DNA of 64,000 nucleotides from the human T2T-CHM13v2.0 reference genome, Homo sapiens: NCBI RefSeq assembly GCF_009914755.1, contig NC_060929.1. One strand, written 5' to 3'. Position 1 is the first letter of the stretch, and each line of letters starts with the position of its first letter. Positions 39,492 through 53,703 of this stretch are shown in pieces. The position numbers and the translations under genes are program-made. A model generated the notes under the pieces. It did no database searches and was not told the origin of the DNA. It worked only from the letters and a program-made list of their open reading frames with translations.

Positions 39492-42400
39492 ATGGGTCTC
39501 AGAGGATCTTCACAACAACCCCATGAAGAAGATAGGGCAAATGTTAGCTCCACTTTGCAGATATAATAAATGGGGCTCAGAGAGGTTAGTTCCCTCCACT
39601 ATGCCTAATTCCACCTCATTAGCTCTGTGCCATGTTTTATACATCACTTGTATTCCTGTCCTTCCTACTCTCTATCAGCCTCAAGAAAAAAAAAGATGTA
39701 GCACATGAAAAAGGTTCTAGTAGTTATTCTTGCAGGTAGTATAGATGCTGACCGCAAAGGCAATTCCTGAGATATTGTCCTCAACATTTCCAGAGGATGC
39801 CTGCCTATCCAGGACCACCTTCTATTCCTGGCATCACTTTTGGTGCACATTCTGATATAATCAACATCCATTCAAGAGGGCCTTTTTCTGCAGAGGAATT
39901 CATCACCAGAAATACTGCACATGAGGATATAATATACAAAATATCTGTACAATACAGCTTCTTAAGCAATTATCCTGTACCGCTGGGTCACATTATGCAA
40001 CTTAATATTTCCCATAACAAAAATAGAGTTCTGGGATTTTTAAAATGCGTATGTTGTTAAGTTTTACTTTAATCATTTGTGGCATTCTTTTATATTACTT
40101 TACTATTGCATGTCAAAGTAATCAGTGAAATTAAATTTTTTAAAACTTGCATTGAAAATTAACTCACATCAGAAATAGGATTAAGACCAGGGCTTCATGG
40201 TTCTAAAGCTGAACTAAGTGGAGGAAAAGACGTTCCACAGGGGGACATTTCACTTGACTTAACACACGTCAGTGGGCTTGAATGATTTCTGAGAATTTTC
40301 CATCAGTGTTTTCAGAAATAGCCTTTGGTGGTCTGCTTTCTCGATCCTAGTGATTCCAGCAGAAATGGCTGTACCCCAAAAAGGAGAAAGCTGGGTACTG
40401 CATGCTCCCACTGAGATTTGGGGAGAGGTTGTGTAAACAACTGAAGCATTAACTGGACTCTGCACCAGTTGTGATTTATGTATTGCTTGGGAGGAGGGAG
40501 GGCAGTGGAAAGGGCCCTCGGTATGGGTTTGGCAAGGCAGGGAGCAGGCCCTCCATCTCTGCCTCTCGGACACCTACCAAGGATACAGTGCCTATTCAGA
40601 ATTCGAGTTCGTGGAGGCTTTTCAATCAATAACATATGGCCATGAGAGCGCGAGTATTATACCAACAGACTGAAATAAATATGCTCCGCAAATAAAATAT
40701 CTGTACGTAAAACAACAAAGCCTTTAGTTTAACTGCAGAAAATGAAAAACAAGTCTACTTGAAACCAGGTTAAATGAGCAACCAGTTATTCAGTGTGAGT
40801 TTTTGGAGATGAATGAGCTGGCAGATGCTTTCTTCAGATCATTAAGACCAGATATCAATAATTTCTGAGGAGTAGAGGCAAAAGTCATCAGAAACAACCT
40901 GATGTGGTGGGGCCACACCCTGTCTTTCTCCACTTGGCCTGGTGTAGGGAGAGCTGGGACACACCAGCTGTTTAAAAAGCCAAGTGGCTCCTACCACACC
41001 AGCTTGTTAACCTTCATCTTACATGCATTTTTTTTCCTCCCAGATTCATGATCTCAGATTAGGTAGGTGGTGGGGGCAGTGCTAAATATACCTTCCTGTT
41101 ACCCGAGACCTGGATCAGGGAAGGTGCTTATTAATATCATGGAGATATGATTTTTAATGATCTCTGAAAACAGCCTATATGGGTGTGAATAATGGCACTG
41201 TCTCATTGCATGCGTGGTTTGTGCTTTTGTCTCAGACAGGTTCATTTTTCACTGGAGGGGAAAGGTTCATGCCGCACGAGGGGGGTAACCAGTTGATGTT
41301 ACAAGGCTGACTATTAGGCCCCTTGCTGTTCCACATGTCACAGGGAAGGACTCCAGCCGGCAACCTTAATGCCTACTTCAGCATCTTGAAGAAATTAATG
41401 AACACAGCTTCTATGGCAAAACATTTCAATCAACCCTTACCAGCTGTGCCTACATTTAAGAAAAAGAAAAGGAGGGGGGGAAATGCCCAGGTTTATCAAA
41501 AAAGTTTCTTCGAAAGATCAACCACGGTTTTGGCTGTGTGTGGGGCGGTAGGAGGTGGGGAAAGGAAAGGCAGAAGGAATAAAGGTAGAAGGATGCCAGT
41601 ACCGAGTGCCAAAAGATGTGCTCTGGCCCCGGTGTTTGTTGAACAAATTAAGCACGTTCTGGTTTTTCACCTGCTGAAGTAGCAGCAGTGCATATGGCCT
41701 AGAAGTTAAAAATAAGGAAATATGCATACATTACCATACTTAATGGACGACCCTCTCCATTTAATATGCAAATTTCCTGAAATATTACTGAATGCCGTCT
41801 GTTCTAAATGAATAAATTTGAATTGCAATTAGAATAATCCTTTATAATTAATGAAAACTGTCAATTTTAGTTCATAAGTAATTTGATTAACAGGATGATG
41901 GGACACTTATCAAGTTCACTGGACTGCTAGGCTATGAGAAAACTGACAGTGAAAATGGGGCGGGCCAGGCACTCAGGCTCTACCGGAGTATTATCCTAAA
42001 TTATTGATAACACAAGCTAATGAACTTCAGAAAGTGAACTCTGGGGGCCTCATTTAAAGGGACAGCCTCGGAGGGCGATGGGCAGCCACCGGGATGATGA
42101 TCTTTCCAAAAGCCTTCTTTGCTGGTACTTTTGGATTGTAGGAAAATAAATGTTTAGAAATGCCAGGGCAAAGGAAAACATTGGCTCAAAACACAAATTT
42201 ACCATTTCCAGCTGTTGCTGGAACAAAAGGAAACAATAGTCAGAGGATAAATGTAAGAAGAAACAATGCAAAAACATGTGGAAAGAAGTTGCTGGTAATG
42301 CATCACAGAAGTAGGACATGGCCACAGCAGCGGGGCCATCTCCGCTTCCCTTCTTTGTCTCTCCCTTCAGACAGATCATGAACAAGAACTTTTAACTAGC

Positions 42401-43309
42401 ATTAATTGGACATTTATGTAAAGCAATCGGGGTGGGGGGAATTCCGTGGAGACACACAAGCAACTCTTAGTTATGGCACAAACAGTAAGGAGATCTGTGG
42501 CCCTTAAAGAAACAGATGCCTGTTGCCTTTTCACGGAGGGAGACAAGGAGGCAGAGAAGGGGGTTAGTGCTACAAGAGAATTCTGGCACTCTTGGTTGTT
42601 GTCGTTAATGAAGATGAAGACATAGTAAGTAAAAACAAGAAAAGAAGTTATAAAATAAGCTTGCTTTATCTTTTCTAGAAACGGATGACAAAACTCAATG
42701 CAACAATGCCAGGCATATCAAAAGGGGTCCACATTCAAGGCTTTCACACTTTCTGGCAGGTGAGAAAGTTTATTAAGAACCTTCACGTGTGGGAGTCTCT
42801 CAAGAGCAAAGGTCTGGTTTTACTGATTCGCAATGTCCTGACAGATCTTGCCTTTTCATGCCTTCAACACCTGTAGCTCCTGACAAGTGTAGGTGACCTC
42901 CTGACCGACAAAGGGGGGTCCAAATTTGGCTGATGTTGGCTGAGTAGACTGCAGTCAGGTCATACATAGTTCTTTACTTCTTCTTAATCCTCCTGAACCT
43001 ACTGAGAAGTGCCTTTATGCCAAGGATGGAAATTATCTGTCCAAAGACTTCTTGTCCTTGAAACCTTAGTCAGGATTCATGTGGCAGGACAAGTGACCCT
43101 GTCATGGATATCTCAAGATCATTAAGTAATGATCTTTCAAGATTAATATTAGTCATAAGAATGCAGCATTACAGAGGCACACAATGGGCACTTCTGGGAA
43201 AATGGCAGAGTCTTAGCAATCTCCTTTCCATCTCTACGGGCCACCTATATACTACTTATCTCATTGGATTTGATAGAACAAGATAAAATCATCATGTAAA
43301 AATAGCATG

Positions 43310-43540
43310 TACAATTTACTAAGATATTATTCTATATGCCAAACATTGTACAAAGTTCTTTAAGTCATGAAATACTTAAGGTGGCCCTGGAAGTATATAT
43401 TAGATCCATTTAGTAGGTGAATAAACTAAGGCTCAGAAAGATTAAGTACCTAGTCCAAGCAATCACATCCAGGAAGTGGCAGAGATGGGATTTGAACCCA
43501 GGTCTCTCTATCTCTGAAGCCAAAGCTGTTAACCTAATAT
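43310..43540 (-). mobile_element. MIR SINE
   Basis: AAACTAAGGCTCAGAAAGATTAAGTACCTAGTCCAAG...AGTGGCAGAGATGGGATTTGAACCCAGGTCT. Confidence 0.88.
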
Positions 43541-44319
43541 GTACTCTGGGCTGACTTCCATGTTATAACTGTGTGCTTCAATGCTGGCCAAATTTAATCA
43601 TGCTATAGTTTCCCTCACTTTTCAATTACATTTTTTATTTCCTTACTCTGGACCACCATGACTGCTAGAATTGTCTGCGTGCATTGTCCAAGCCAGCTCA
43701 GCGGGTATACATTTGGAGCCATTGTCTCCCCTTCCATGCAATAAGCAGGTCATAAACATTGTCTTTCCTTCTGCAATGTGTGCCGCAAGCAAGACTTCAG
43801 CATCCTCTGCCTCCCACAACGTGTCTCTTGAAAACCATTTATTTAGAGCTCAGTTTTCGAAATATACCAAGGACAGGGTAAGGCTCTTTCCTGGCACTCT
43901 TCACTAGTGTCCTGCCTTGCCACTGTCCTAACTAGCCAACTTCAGCCCTGGGAGATCTATAATAAAAACTGTTAGCTCTTTGACACTCAATAAAAGAAAC
44001 AAACAAGAAACCAATGATGTTCTTAGTTATTAAGCTGCCTATTATACCTAAATAAAATCAAGCAGCTGGTGGCCCTATGTCTCTACAAAATTAATATTGA
44101 AAGCTGTCTTTGAACCATTTAGATCCTTCGTACATACTCTCCAAGCCTCCAGTTCCCTCATTCTTTCCAGCAATACAAGCAATTCTTGTCCTCCTTACTC
44201 CTTTCATTTGCTTATAACACTCGGAGGATTTCTTTGTTTTTCCCTATAACCTACCCCCATCTGTAAACCTCCAAAGTAATAACAACACAGACCTACCTGG
44301 ATACCAGCTCCACTGAATG

Positions 44320-44760
44320 GAGCAGGAGGTCTTTAGAGACCATCCGGCTTGATGTTTCTCAAGGGTCATGTGCAAACCACTGATTTTAGGTATACACACT
44401 TGTTAGTGGTTATGTATTTATCTTCATGTGTGTTAGGAAAGAAAAACCGTAAGTGGCACATCAAACTTTTAATTTTAGAGAGCATTGCTTAGCTCAAAAC
44501 CTAAGTGAATATTTAGCTAAGAAACAGTGAATAGACTTCTTCTATTATAAAGACAAATATGGAGTAAATATTCCAGGTGGTACTCATCTATAGCAAAAGT
44601 CACAGCGAGTCTGTGAATGACGGGACATCCAGAAAAACTGATCTAGCCCAAACTCCCTCTTTTTCCTCAAGGGATGCACTGAAGGTCAGGGAAGTTAAAT
44701 AAGTTTCCTGAGGCCATGCAGCAAAGAGGAAAGGCTGGAGCTAGAACTCAGATATCCCAT
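44320..44760. mobile_element. MIR3-like SINE interrupted by a hAT-Charlie-like element (about 44352-44640)
   Basis: GGAGGTCTTTAGAGACCATC...[GATGTTTCTCAAGG...AGAAAAACTG]...ATCTAGCCCAAACTCCCTC...GTTAAATAAGTTTCCTGAGGCCATGCAGC. Confidence 0.5.
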
Positions 44761-45134
44761 GAGGTCATCTTTCCTGTCACAGGGACCCAGGCCTTCATCG
44801 TGGGTCCCTTTGGGAAGAAAGGGGGATGTGTACTCTAGGAACACTGCCCAGAACACTGAGGCCATTGAAGACAGAAGAGAGAGAGAAGGCAAGTGGCAGG
44901 GCTCCCTAGGCCTCACTCTCCTTCAGCCAGGGCAGCTTTTCTTGGGAGAGGTTTTATTTGCAGGCTTTCTCTATTTCATTTGAAAGAAGAATTTTATGGC
45001 GATTTTGTTTAAAGAATTCCACTGATACTAGCAATGATTAAAAAGCCCTCAAACTACTGGAAACTCTTTCAGTCTTCTTGTATTTTGCAACCTTGCTTAT
45101 GGTGAAGGAAGTTGGTCTCCATCAGCATCATCTA

Positions 45135-45330
45135 GCTTCTCCCAAAACATGGCTTAAGGGCCATTTATACTAGCATCTCCTGGGTTGGGGAGGAGGGTTC
45201 TGTTAAAACGCAGAATCCTCAGGCTCACCCAACTTTATAGAAACAGACTCTTGACATCAACTCTAATGAGGTGCACTTTTAACTAGTTTCTTAGGTGATT
45301 TCTCTGTGAGCTAAGGCTTGAGAACTGATA
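45135..45330. mobile_element. MER5-type hAT-Charlie MITE
   Basis: CATCTCCTGGG...TGTTAAAACGCAGAATCCTCAGGCTCACCC...TGCACTTTTAAC...AGGTGATT...GCTTGAGAACT. Confidence 0.7.
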
Positions 45331-46579
45331 CTGGGGAAGAATGGATTACCATTAGTGTTACGAGACAGAGACAGAGAATTAGTAAGAGATAAAGAGATTG
45401 AGACTAAGACAGAAAGACTGAGAAACTGAGATTTAATAATTTACTGATCCCTCAGTGGAACACTGTGTGTATAGTTAAGCCACTTTATGATAAGGTTATC
45501 TGAGGGCTCATGTAACTAAACCCACCTCTCACCCATCTCTCTCCACTCCCCACACTTACCCTTACTTTACATTGGTTCATCTCTGGAGAGAATGGACTAA
45601 CACTGAAGTTATTATTTATTTACCAAATACTCAGAGCAGCATCCTGTGTGCTGGGCAAGGCATACCAAAATTAGGGCAAGTTACTGTCCAATAGGAAGCT
45701 CCGTTCTGGTACAAAGTCAGCCCATGCATTCAGAAATGCATGCTTGCTTTCTTGAAATTTAGGTTAAGGGAGGGCTTGTATATAGAAATTAGCTGCTGAC
45801 AGAGTTTGAATGGGCTTTCAACTAAGGCATTCATTATCCATGAAGCCAACCCTTCCAATATTCCATGGCCTAGAGTTCTTTGCAAATGGCTGTTAAAAAT
45901 CACATTTGGTGAAAGAACAGAATTTTCTCCTTGGTAATTCAGCTCTGAACTCACTCCATCTGTTTAGCACTTGTTGGGCCTGCGAGGATGTGCAGACACT
46001 CTCCAGTGCTGACATGGGTGGCCACCTCCCAAAGAGCAAGAAACAAACCTGCTTTCATCAGCTGCTGGCATTTATGAGGGTCTTAGGATGAAATTAAGAT
46101 TTTTTTTTTTTTTGAAATGGAAGTTTGGAATAATAACAACCTTGTAGGGGGAACATGGTACTCATGTTGCTTGGGTAACATGTGGTCTAAGTAGCCAGAG
46201 GAGAAAATCCCCGGAGAGGGTTATCTCATAGATAACACCAATCATATCTGAGAGGCCAGTGAGAACAATCTTGATGCCTGCAATATTTTAATCTATAACA
46301 TGGGATGTCACCAAATAATGTGCTGGAAAACAACAGAGAAACATAAAGACACCAAATGAAAAAGCAGATCTCCCTTCAACTTTGAGAATGAGAAGTTACA
46401 AATCATCAATGTCTAGCAAAGACATATTCCAACAACGGTGCTCATTTTTTTGAATAAATAAACACCAGGGAACTAGCCTGGGAAACCTGAAACAGAACCA
46501 CATCTTCTCTCAACTAAAGGCTTATTAACAGCATATGTGGGGACAAAGGATAGGAATATTCTGAGGGCAAGGAGAGTAA

Positions 46580-46790
46580 AGTTGCATTTATTGATCAAAC
46601 TCCTACCAAATGCCAAGCACCATATGCATCGATTATCTCATTTAATCCTCTCAAAAAACACGACGGTACATATTATTATCCCAATTTACAGATAGGAATC
46701 TGAAGTTTATCAAGATTAAGCAACTTTCCAACTGAACAGGGCTTTAAAGACAGGACTCTAATTTCTAAGCTGTGTTTTTCTGCTATATGC
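46580..46790 (-). mobile_element. MIR SINE
   Basis: CATTTATTGA...TTATCTCATTTAATCCTCTCAA...TATTATTATCCCAATTTACAGATAGGAATCTGA. Confidence 0.8.
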
Positions 46791-46879
46791 ATTGCCCATA
46801 GCCCCACAAAAGGACAGAAAGAAAAATCTAGAGGAAAAAAATCAGATCTCTGAAAACTGTCTATAAATTCCCCACAATA

Positions 46880-47220
46880 AAAATAACAATAACCATGATA
46901 TCCTAGCACCTCTTTAGGTATATGTGTACATAACTTGCAACATATATATATGAGAAATTACAAATCATCAATATTTAGAAAGATGTATTCCAAAAAAGGT
47001 GCTCATTATATACATATGTGTGTGTGTGTGTGTATGTGTGTGTGTATACACACATATGCTTAATGTAATCTTCTTAACAATCCTATCAGGTATCATGATT
47101 GAGGTGAGGATGCTGAAGCTGAGTTAGGGACATGCTCAGGTTTACACAGCAACTAAATAACCAAACTGAGATCCAAACCCAGATTTGTCTGGTCCCCAAA
47201 CCCCTGGACTTCCTATCATA
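46880..47220 (-). mobile_element. MIR SINE carrying a TA/TG microsatellite and a 58-bp templated insertion
   Basis: MIR 3' part (AATAACAATAACC...) and core (TGAAGCTGAGTTAGGGACATGCTCAGGTTTACACAGC...ATCCAAACCCAGATTTGTCTG) flank the (TA)/(TG) tract and the insert. Confidence 0.65.
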
Positions 47221-47298
47221 TTGTTCTACCTTTTCCATCCCTTTCAACTGGATGTGAAGGTGAACCAGAATCTGAAACTTCAGCTCTAAAGAGGCTGA

Positions 47299-47706
<408 letters not shown>

Positions 47707-50700
47707 TGAAACCCACTTGGTGGAAGGGATGACAGCACTGGAGAGGATGCCATGAATATGGAAGTCCCTGTGTTTTAATTTGCCTAAAAATCTGCATGTT
47801 GTTAAAACAAATGTAGAAATTAGCCATATGGGAACCTAGCTTGGGTACATATCTTCATCTGTCACCACATTTGGGGGTGGAAATAGTACAGGATCATTTG
47901 CAGTGCTTAGACTTGTAGAGAGGGAGAAAAGTCCACTTGGAAGCAAGCTAATGCTGCACACGTTTATGCGTTTGACCTCACAATATGGTAACTAATGATG
48001 GTTCTGCAAATAGACTTAGGAAAATAGATGAATGATTACAGAGGGAAGAACCCAGCAAGGGTGATGAGCTTCGTTTCGCCTATGTTAGCCCTTAATCCTT
48101 AACAGGACAGCCAGCACAAATTCTATACAGCTTGCCTAAATAGATGAAATCTACACCTTATTCTGAATTCAAATCTTAGACCCAGTGCATATAATACACT
48201 GCCTTAATAGCTTTCCAAACTCTCATTTGGCCTCAGTTATACAACCAGCTGACACTGAAAATAATTAATGCCCTTTAGGACTCGCATCTGCTCCTATGGT
48301 TCCAAGTCAAGGTTTTTAATTGGGCTATTTTGGCATTTGGAGACAATGGCAAGGTGAAATAACCTTTCTTTAATATTTTTGAGGTCAGCAGATAGTCCTG
48401 CCAAAGGTCATCCTTCAGGTTCACAAATGAGTCATTTGTATCACCTAATGCAATCTGTGACTCGCAAATTGCACTGGGCTGTGTTAGCGTGCATTAATTA
48501 GTCCATGTGATGAATACTGAATTCATCATTACCAGCCGGAGCTTGTAGAGATGTACCAATACTTGTTTTGGCGGTTTGTGGTTGCTTATTTTTACTTTGC
48601 ACTCCACTTCCAACCCTGGTCTGAGATCTTCAACACCGCAAGCCCAATAATTGGCACAGCAAAGTTAACCCTCTCCCTTATGACATGGCCAGAACCTGGG
48701 GAAAGATTCCCTGGCACAAACATATTGCAAAGCACGAAGCAACCACAGTTGCTCTATCTTTGGTTTCTTGAACCTGTAAAACTCAGCATCAAAAGATGAT
48801 TCCCTTTTGCCTCACGATCCATAGCATTCCTAATCTTCTAAAAGAGAGAGAGAGACAGAGACAGACAGCGAAAACTCCTGTTTCAAACACCTTGCTCAGA
48901 GCAGTGCTCTTAGTTGTGCTGGGTTCTCTCAGCTGCTTGGCAGCTACTGCCTATAATGAAGGCATTATTAATTTCAGTTTCAGGGGATAGAAAATCAGGA
49001 TGTGGACACTGTATGGCTATACCATCTGTGCCGTTGACATATATTGATTCATACCTTCTTCCCATCTGTCCTTGACATTGTGCAGTAACAGAGGTCACAG
49101 TCTTCTCTTTCCTAGAATTCTCCCCAAAAGCAACTTTCTACCCAGTATCCTCTCAGTGATTTGATTTGGTTGCTATTGTGCACTTCTAAGGAAGCTGGTG
49201 GCAGAGTGTCTGCATCTGTCATCCCCCAGGTAAGTCCCTTTGACCCAACATAACAATAACCGACCACATCAAAAGGGTGTAGGAAAACAATAGTTCTTCC
49301 ACTTTGCTGGAAGACAGAGTCAGCAAGGGGCAGACATTTAAAATAGATCTTCCATTTCTCCAGAATTTTGTGGATAACAAAGAGAATTAATGCATCACTC
49401 TAGAAATTAGCACATTCATTTTATACAGAAAGGTACAGTAGCCAATTAAATTACACACAGCAGATCTAAGGGTTGGAAAAGTAGATTTACGGAAAGTTAA
49501 GAAGCTGAAAAACAGCAGGTGGGTATGTCTTGCTCTACATTATGGACACTAAGAGAAAAATTAAGTCTCCAGTTACTGGGATATATGTGTGTCTTATGTT
49601 TAATGTGCATTTTTTGAAAAAAGAACTGTTCAGGTTATTGTCACTTCAGAATTGAGAAAGCCTGAGCCAGATTTCAGAGGGATTTTATTTCAAGGACTAT
49701 CATTTATTTTATTTTACTCTTTTTTCTAACCACTCTCTGTCCAGGTGGAATGAGACACACAAATAACTGAATTCACAATGGACTTTTTGAGAATTCAAGT
49801 GGCCACTTGTATCTGCAAAGTAAGAAGTAAGTGGCTAATTGCAGCCGAAATGAATGGCTGAGCCTACAATTAGCCAATTAGGTGGTCTATTAGCAGGAGG
49901 GGCGATTTGAACGCAGAAAGCCCCTCCGTGGAGCCCGAAGGCCTTGGGGCTTTCCAGCAAAACCCAGGAAGAGCGTTAGCCTCTTCATCAAAGCAAAGCT
50001 AGACTGCTCAGAATCAGAGAACTGTCAGTTTATTCCTAAAGCTCTAAAATTCTCCAGGTCCAGGTGATAAGTAACACCCTTCCAATGGGGGTAAAATTTT
50101 TTTAAAGATTTTAACAGCTGCCTGAAAAGCTTCCTTTTCAAAGTATATCCCCAACCTTACTTTATCCATAAAAATCATCTCCTCCTCTCTCTCCTTCTCT
50201 TAAAATTACAGATTAAAACTTATCTGGCATTCTCATCCCATATTTAATGATGAAAATGAATCCATCTTTCAGTTATTCCTTAGAGAAAATATTGCCACTT
50301 TCAAAATATTTTAAGAAATTTTGCCTTATTATGGAGGGTGGGTCTCAGATCGCTCCATCAATTTTATTACAAAACAGGAAATTTAGTTTTGTTGAAGCCA
50401 TGTAGCTCTGCTGAGCTTCTGCAATATCGGGCAAAGAATGAAAGTGCTGGGTGGCGGGAGGTGGGATTTGAAAAAAGCCACGTTATACCAAAGGGATATA
50501 CTATTAGTTTCCTTAAGTCTGCTCTAGAGGAAATAGCTTAAATCAAGAAACTGGACAAGCCACGCCTCTTCTGGGTCTCAAATTGTACCCATGTGTAAAA
50601 CCAGTGCCCAGCCCATTTCACTGTAAGGTCCCTTTCAGATCCAAGTCTCAATGATTCTGAATCAACAAATCTCAAATTTCGTGAACTAGTGATGGACCAG

Positions 50701-51369
50701 TCAAAAGGAAGATTCAAAAGCAATTACCTCTGAGCTCAAAAGCCAAACCTGGGCATTGTTTACTGCCTCTTTCTTTTAGCCTTTTTTGGGTACAGCAACA
50801 TTTTAATGGTCTTACTTGAAACTACATTCACACAGAGTTGTACTGTTTTAATCACTAGTTTTAAGCCCTTGAGACCTTCTCCGCAGCTCAGATGTGTTAT
50901 TCACAAAACATTGTCCCTTGTGAGAATGACAAGACAAAGTTTTTAGTCATCTAACTTTTTATCCCCTAGCATTCCACTCCTGGGTTCACCCTGGGGCTCA
51001 GGCAGCCCATCTACATCAGCTCTGCCCCATGATGGGTAAACAATTTGCCGAGAAGGCAAATTACGTGGTGGGCTGTTGTTCCATTTCACCTGCAGTCTTT
51101 CTGCCTTTTCGCTGTGAAAGCTCACTACCTTCCTCATGCCAGATGCTGCAGAGTGGAAGGAGGTTTTCCACGCAATTCCCTCATGTCTCTGTAACATGCA
51201 GGTCCTTTCAGTGTGTTGCAAAAGCCACATCGTAAGGTCCTGGCAGAACACAAATCCCTGGATGCCACTGGACAAAGAAAATCTCCTTCATTTGTTCAAC
51301 ATAGACATAGATGCAGAGGGCAAATCCTTCTCTCCCCACACCAGCCACAGCTGAGTGAGGCAGCATCAT

Positions 51370-52265
<896 letters not shown>

Positions 52266-52289
52266 TGCATAACTGGATAGATAAATGGA

Positions 52290-52698
52290 AGATTTCCTGG
52301 CCTCCCTTGTGGCCATGTGACTAATTCTGACCAATGGATGCGTGGAGAAGTGATAAGTGTAACTTCCTCAAAGATCTCCAAAGGGAAAGGGCTCCCTCTT
52401 CTTCTCTCCTTCCTCCTTCCACTGGCCACCATGTGCAGGTAAAGGCTGAAGCTCCAGCAACTCTCTCTGATGGTTAGGTGACCTTGGGAATTGTAGCCAT
52501 GCACAACAGAAGAAAATAGAAACCAGGGCCCCAACATCACAGAGCCACACCCCACACTGCACCATCTCCAGATTTCCTAAACAGGAAAACAAACAAATAA
52601 GCAAGCTTCTGTTACTTAAGCTACTGTTATTTGGTAGGAGTGTGGTGGGTGGAGATGAGTGGGAATTAATTACAACCTAACTTAATTCTAATTAATAT
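52290..52698 (+). mobile_element. ERVL-MaLR solo LTR (MLT1I/J-like)
   Basis: TTTCCTGGCCTCCCTTGTGGCCATGTGACTAATTCTGACCAATGGATG...AGAAGTGATAAGTGTAACTTCC and 3' TTAAGCTACTGTTATTTGG...AATTCTAATTAATATA. Confidence 0.75.
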
Positions 52699-53306
52699 AT
52701 CAACTGTTTTTAAACTGAGAAGGTCATGCTCTTGGAAGAGAATCAGTGTGCTAATACATAAGAACAGAAACAGTCCACAATATTATTCCCACTACCCATG
52801 TGTCCAGGAACAAAGTTTGGTGGGCTCTAAAAAGAAAATGAATCAAAATGGTACAAGAGGAATTTCTTTCAATAGCTTCAAAGTTGGAGGTTTACTTCAA
52901 GACAAAATTATAAAAGCAAATAGTGCCTGCTTAATACATTTTATTTATACTTCCACCATTGAAATGTGCCTTTAATATAAGGGTTATATTTCTAAACCCC
53001 CAAAAATCCTTTCCATAACTATTATTCTATAAAAATAATAAAGCCTAACTCTTCATATCTATGTGTATTTCAACAAGTATACCAAGCACCCTAGCTCATT
53101 TCTATTTAGGTCTACTTATAAGCAAATGATAGCGCATTTGTTATATCTTAATAAATGCATCCCCTGTGATGTCAAAATTTAATATTAACTTTTGCATATT
53201 GATTCTGAAGGTAACAATAAGAAACAATGACATCACCATACACATTAGGATTATTAGATGTCAAAATGTTCCAACCCAGTATATTATTAGAAATAACTAT
53301 CTTATT

Positions 53307-53703
<397 letters not shown>

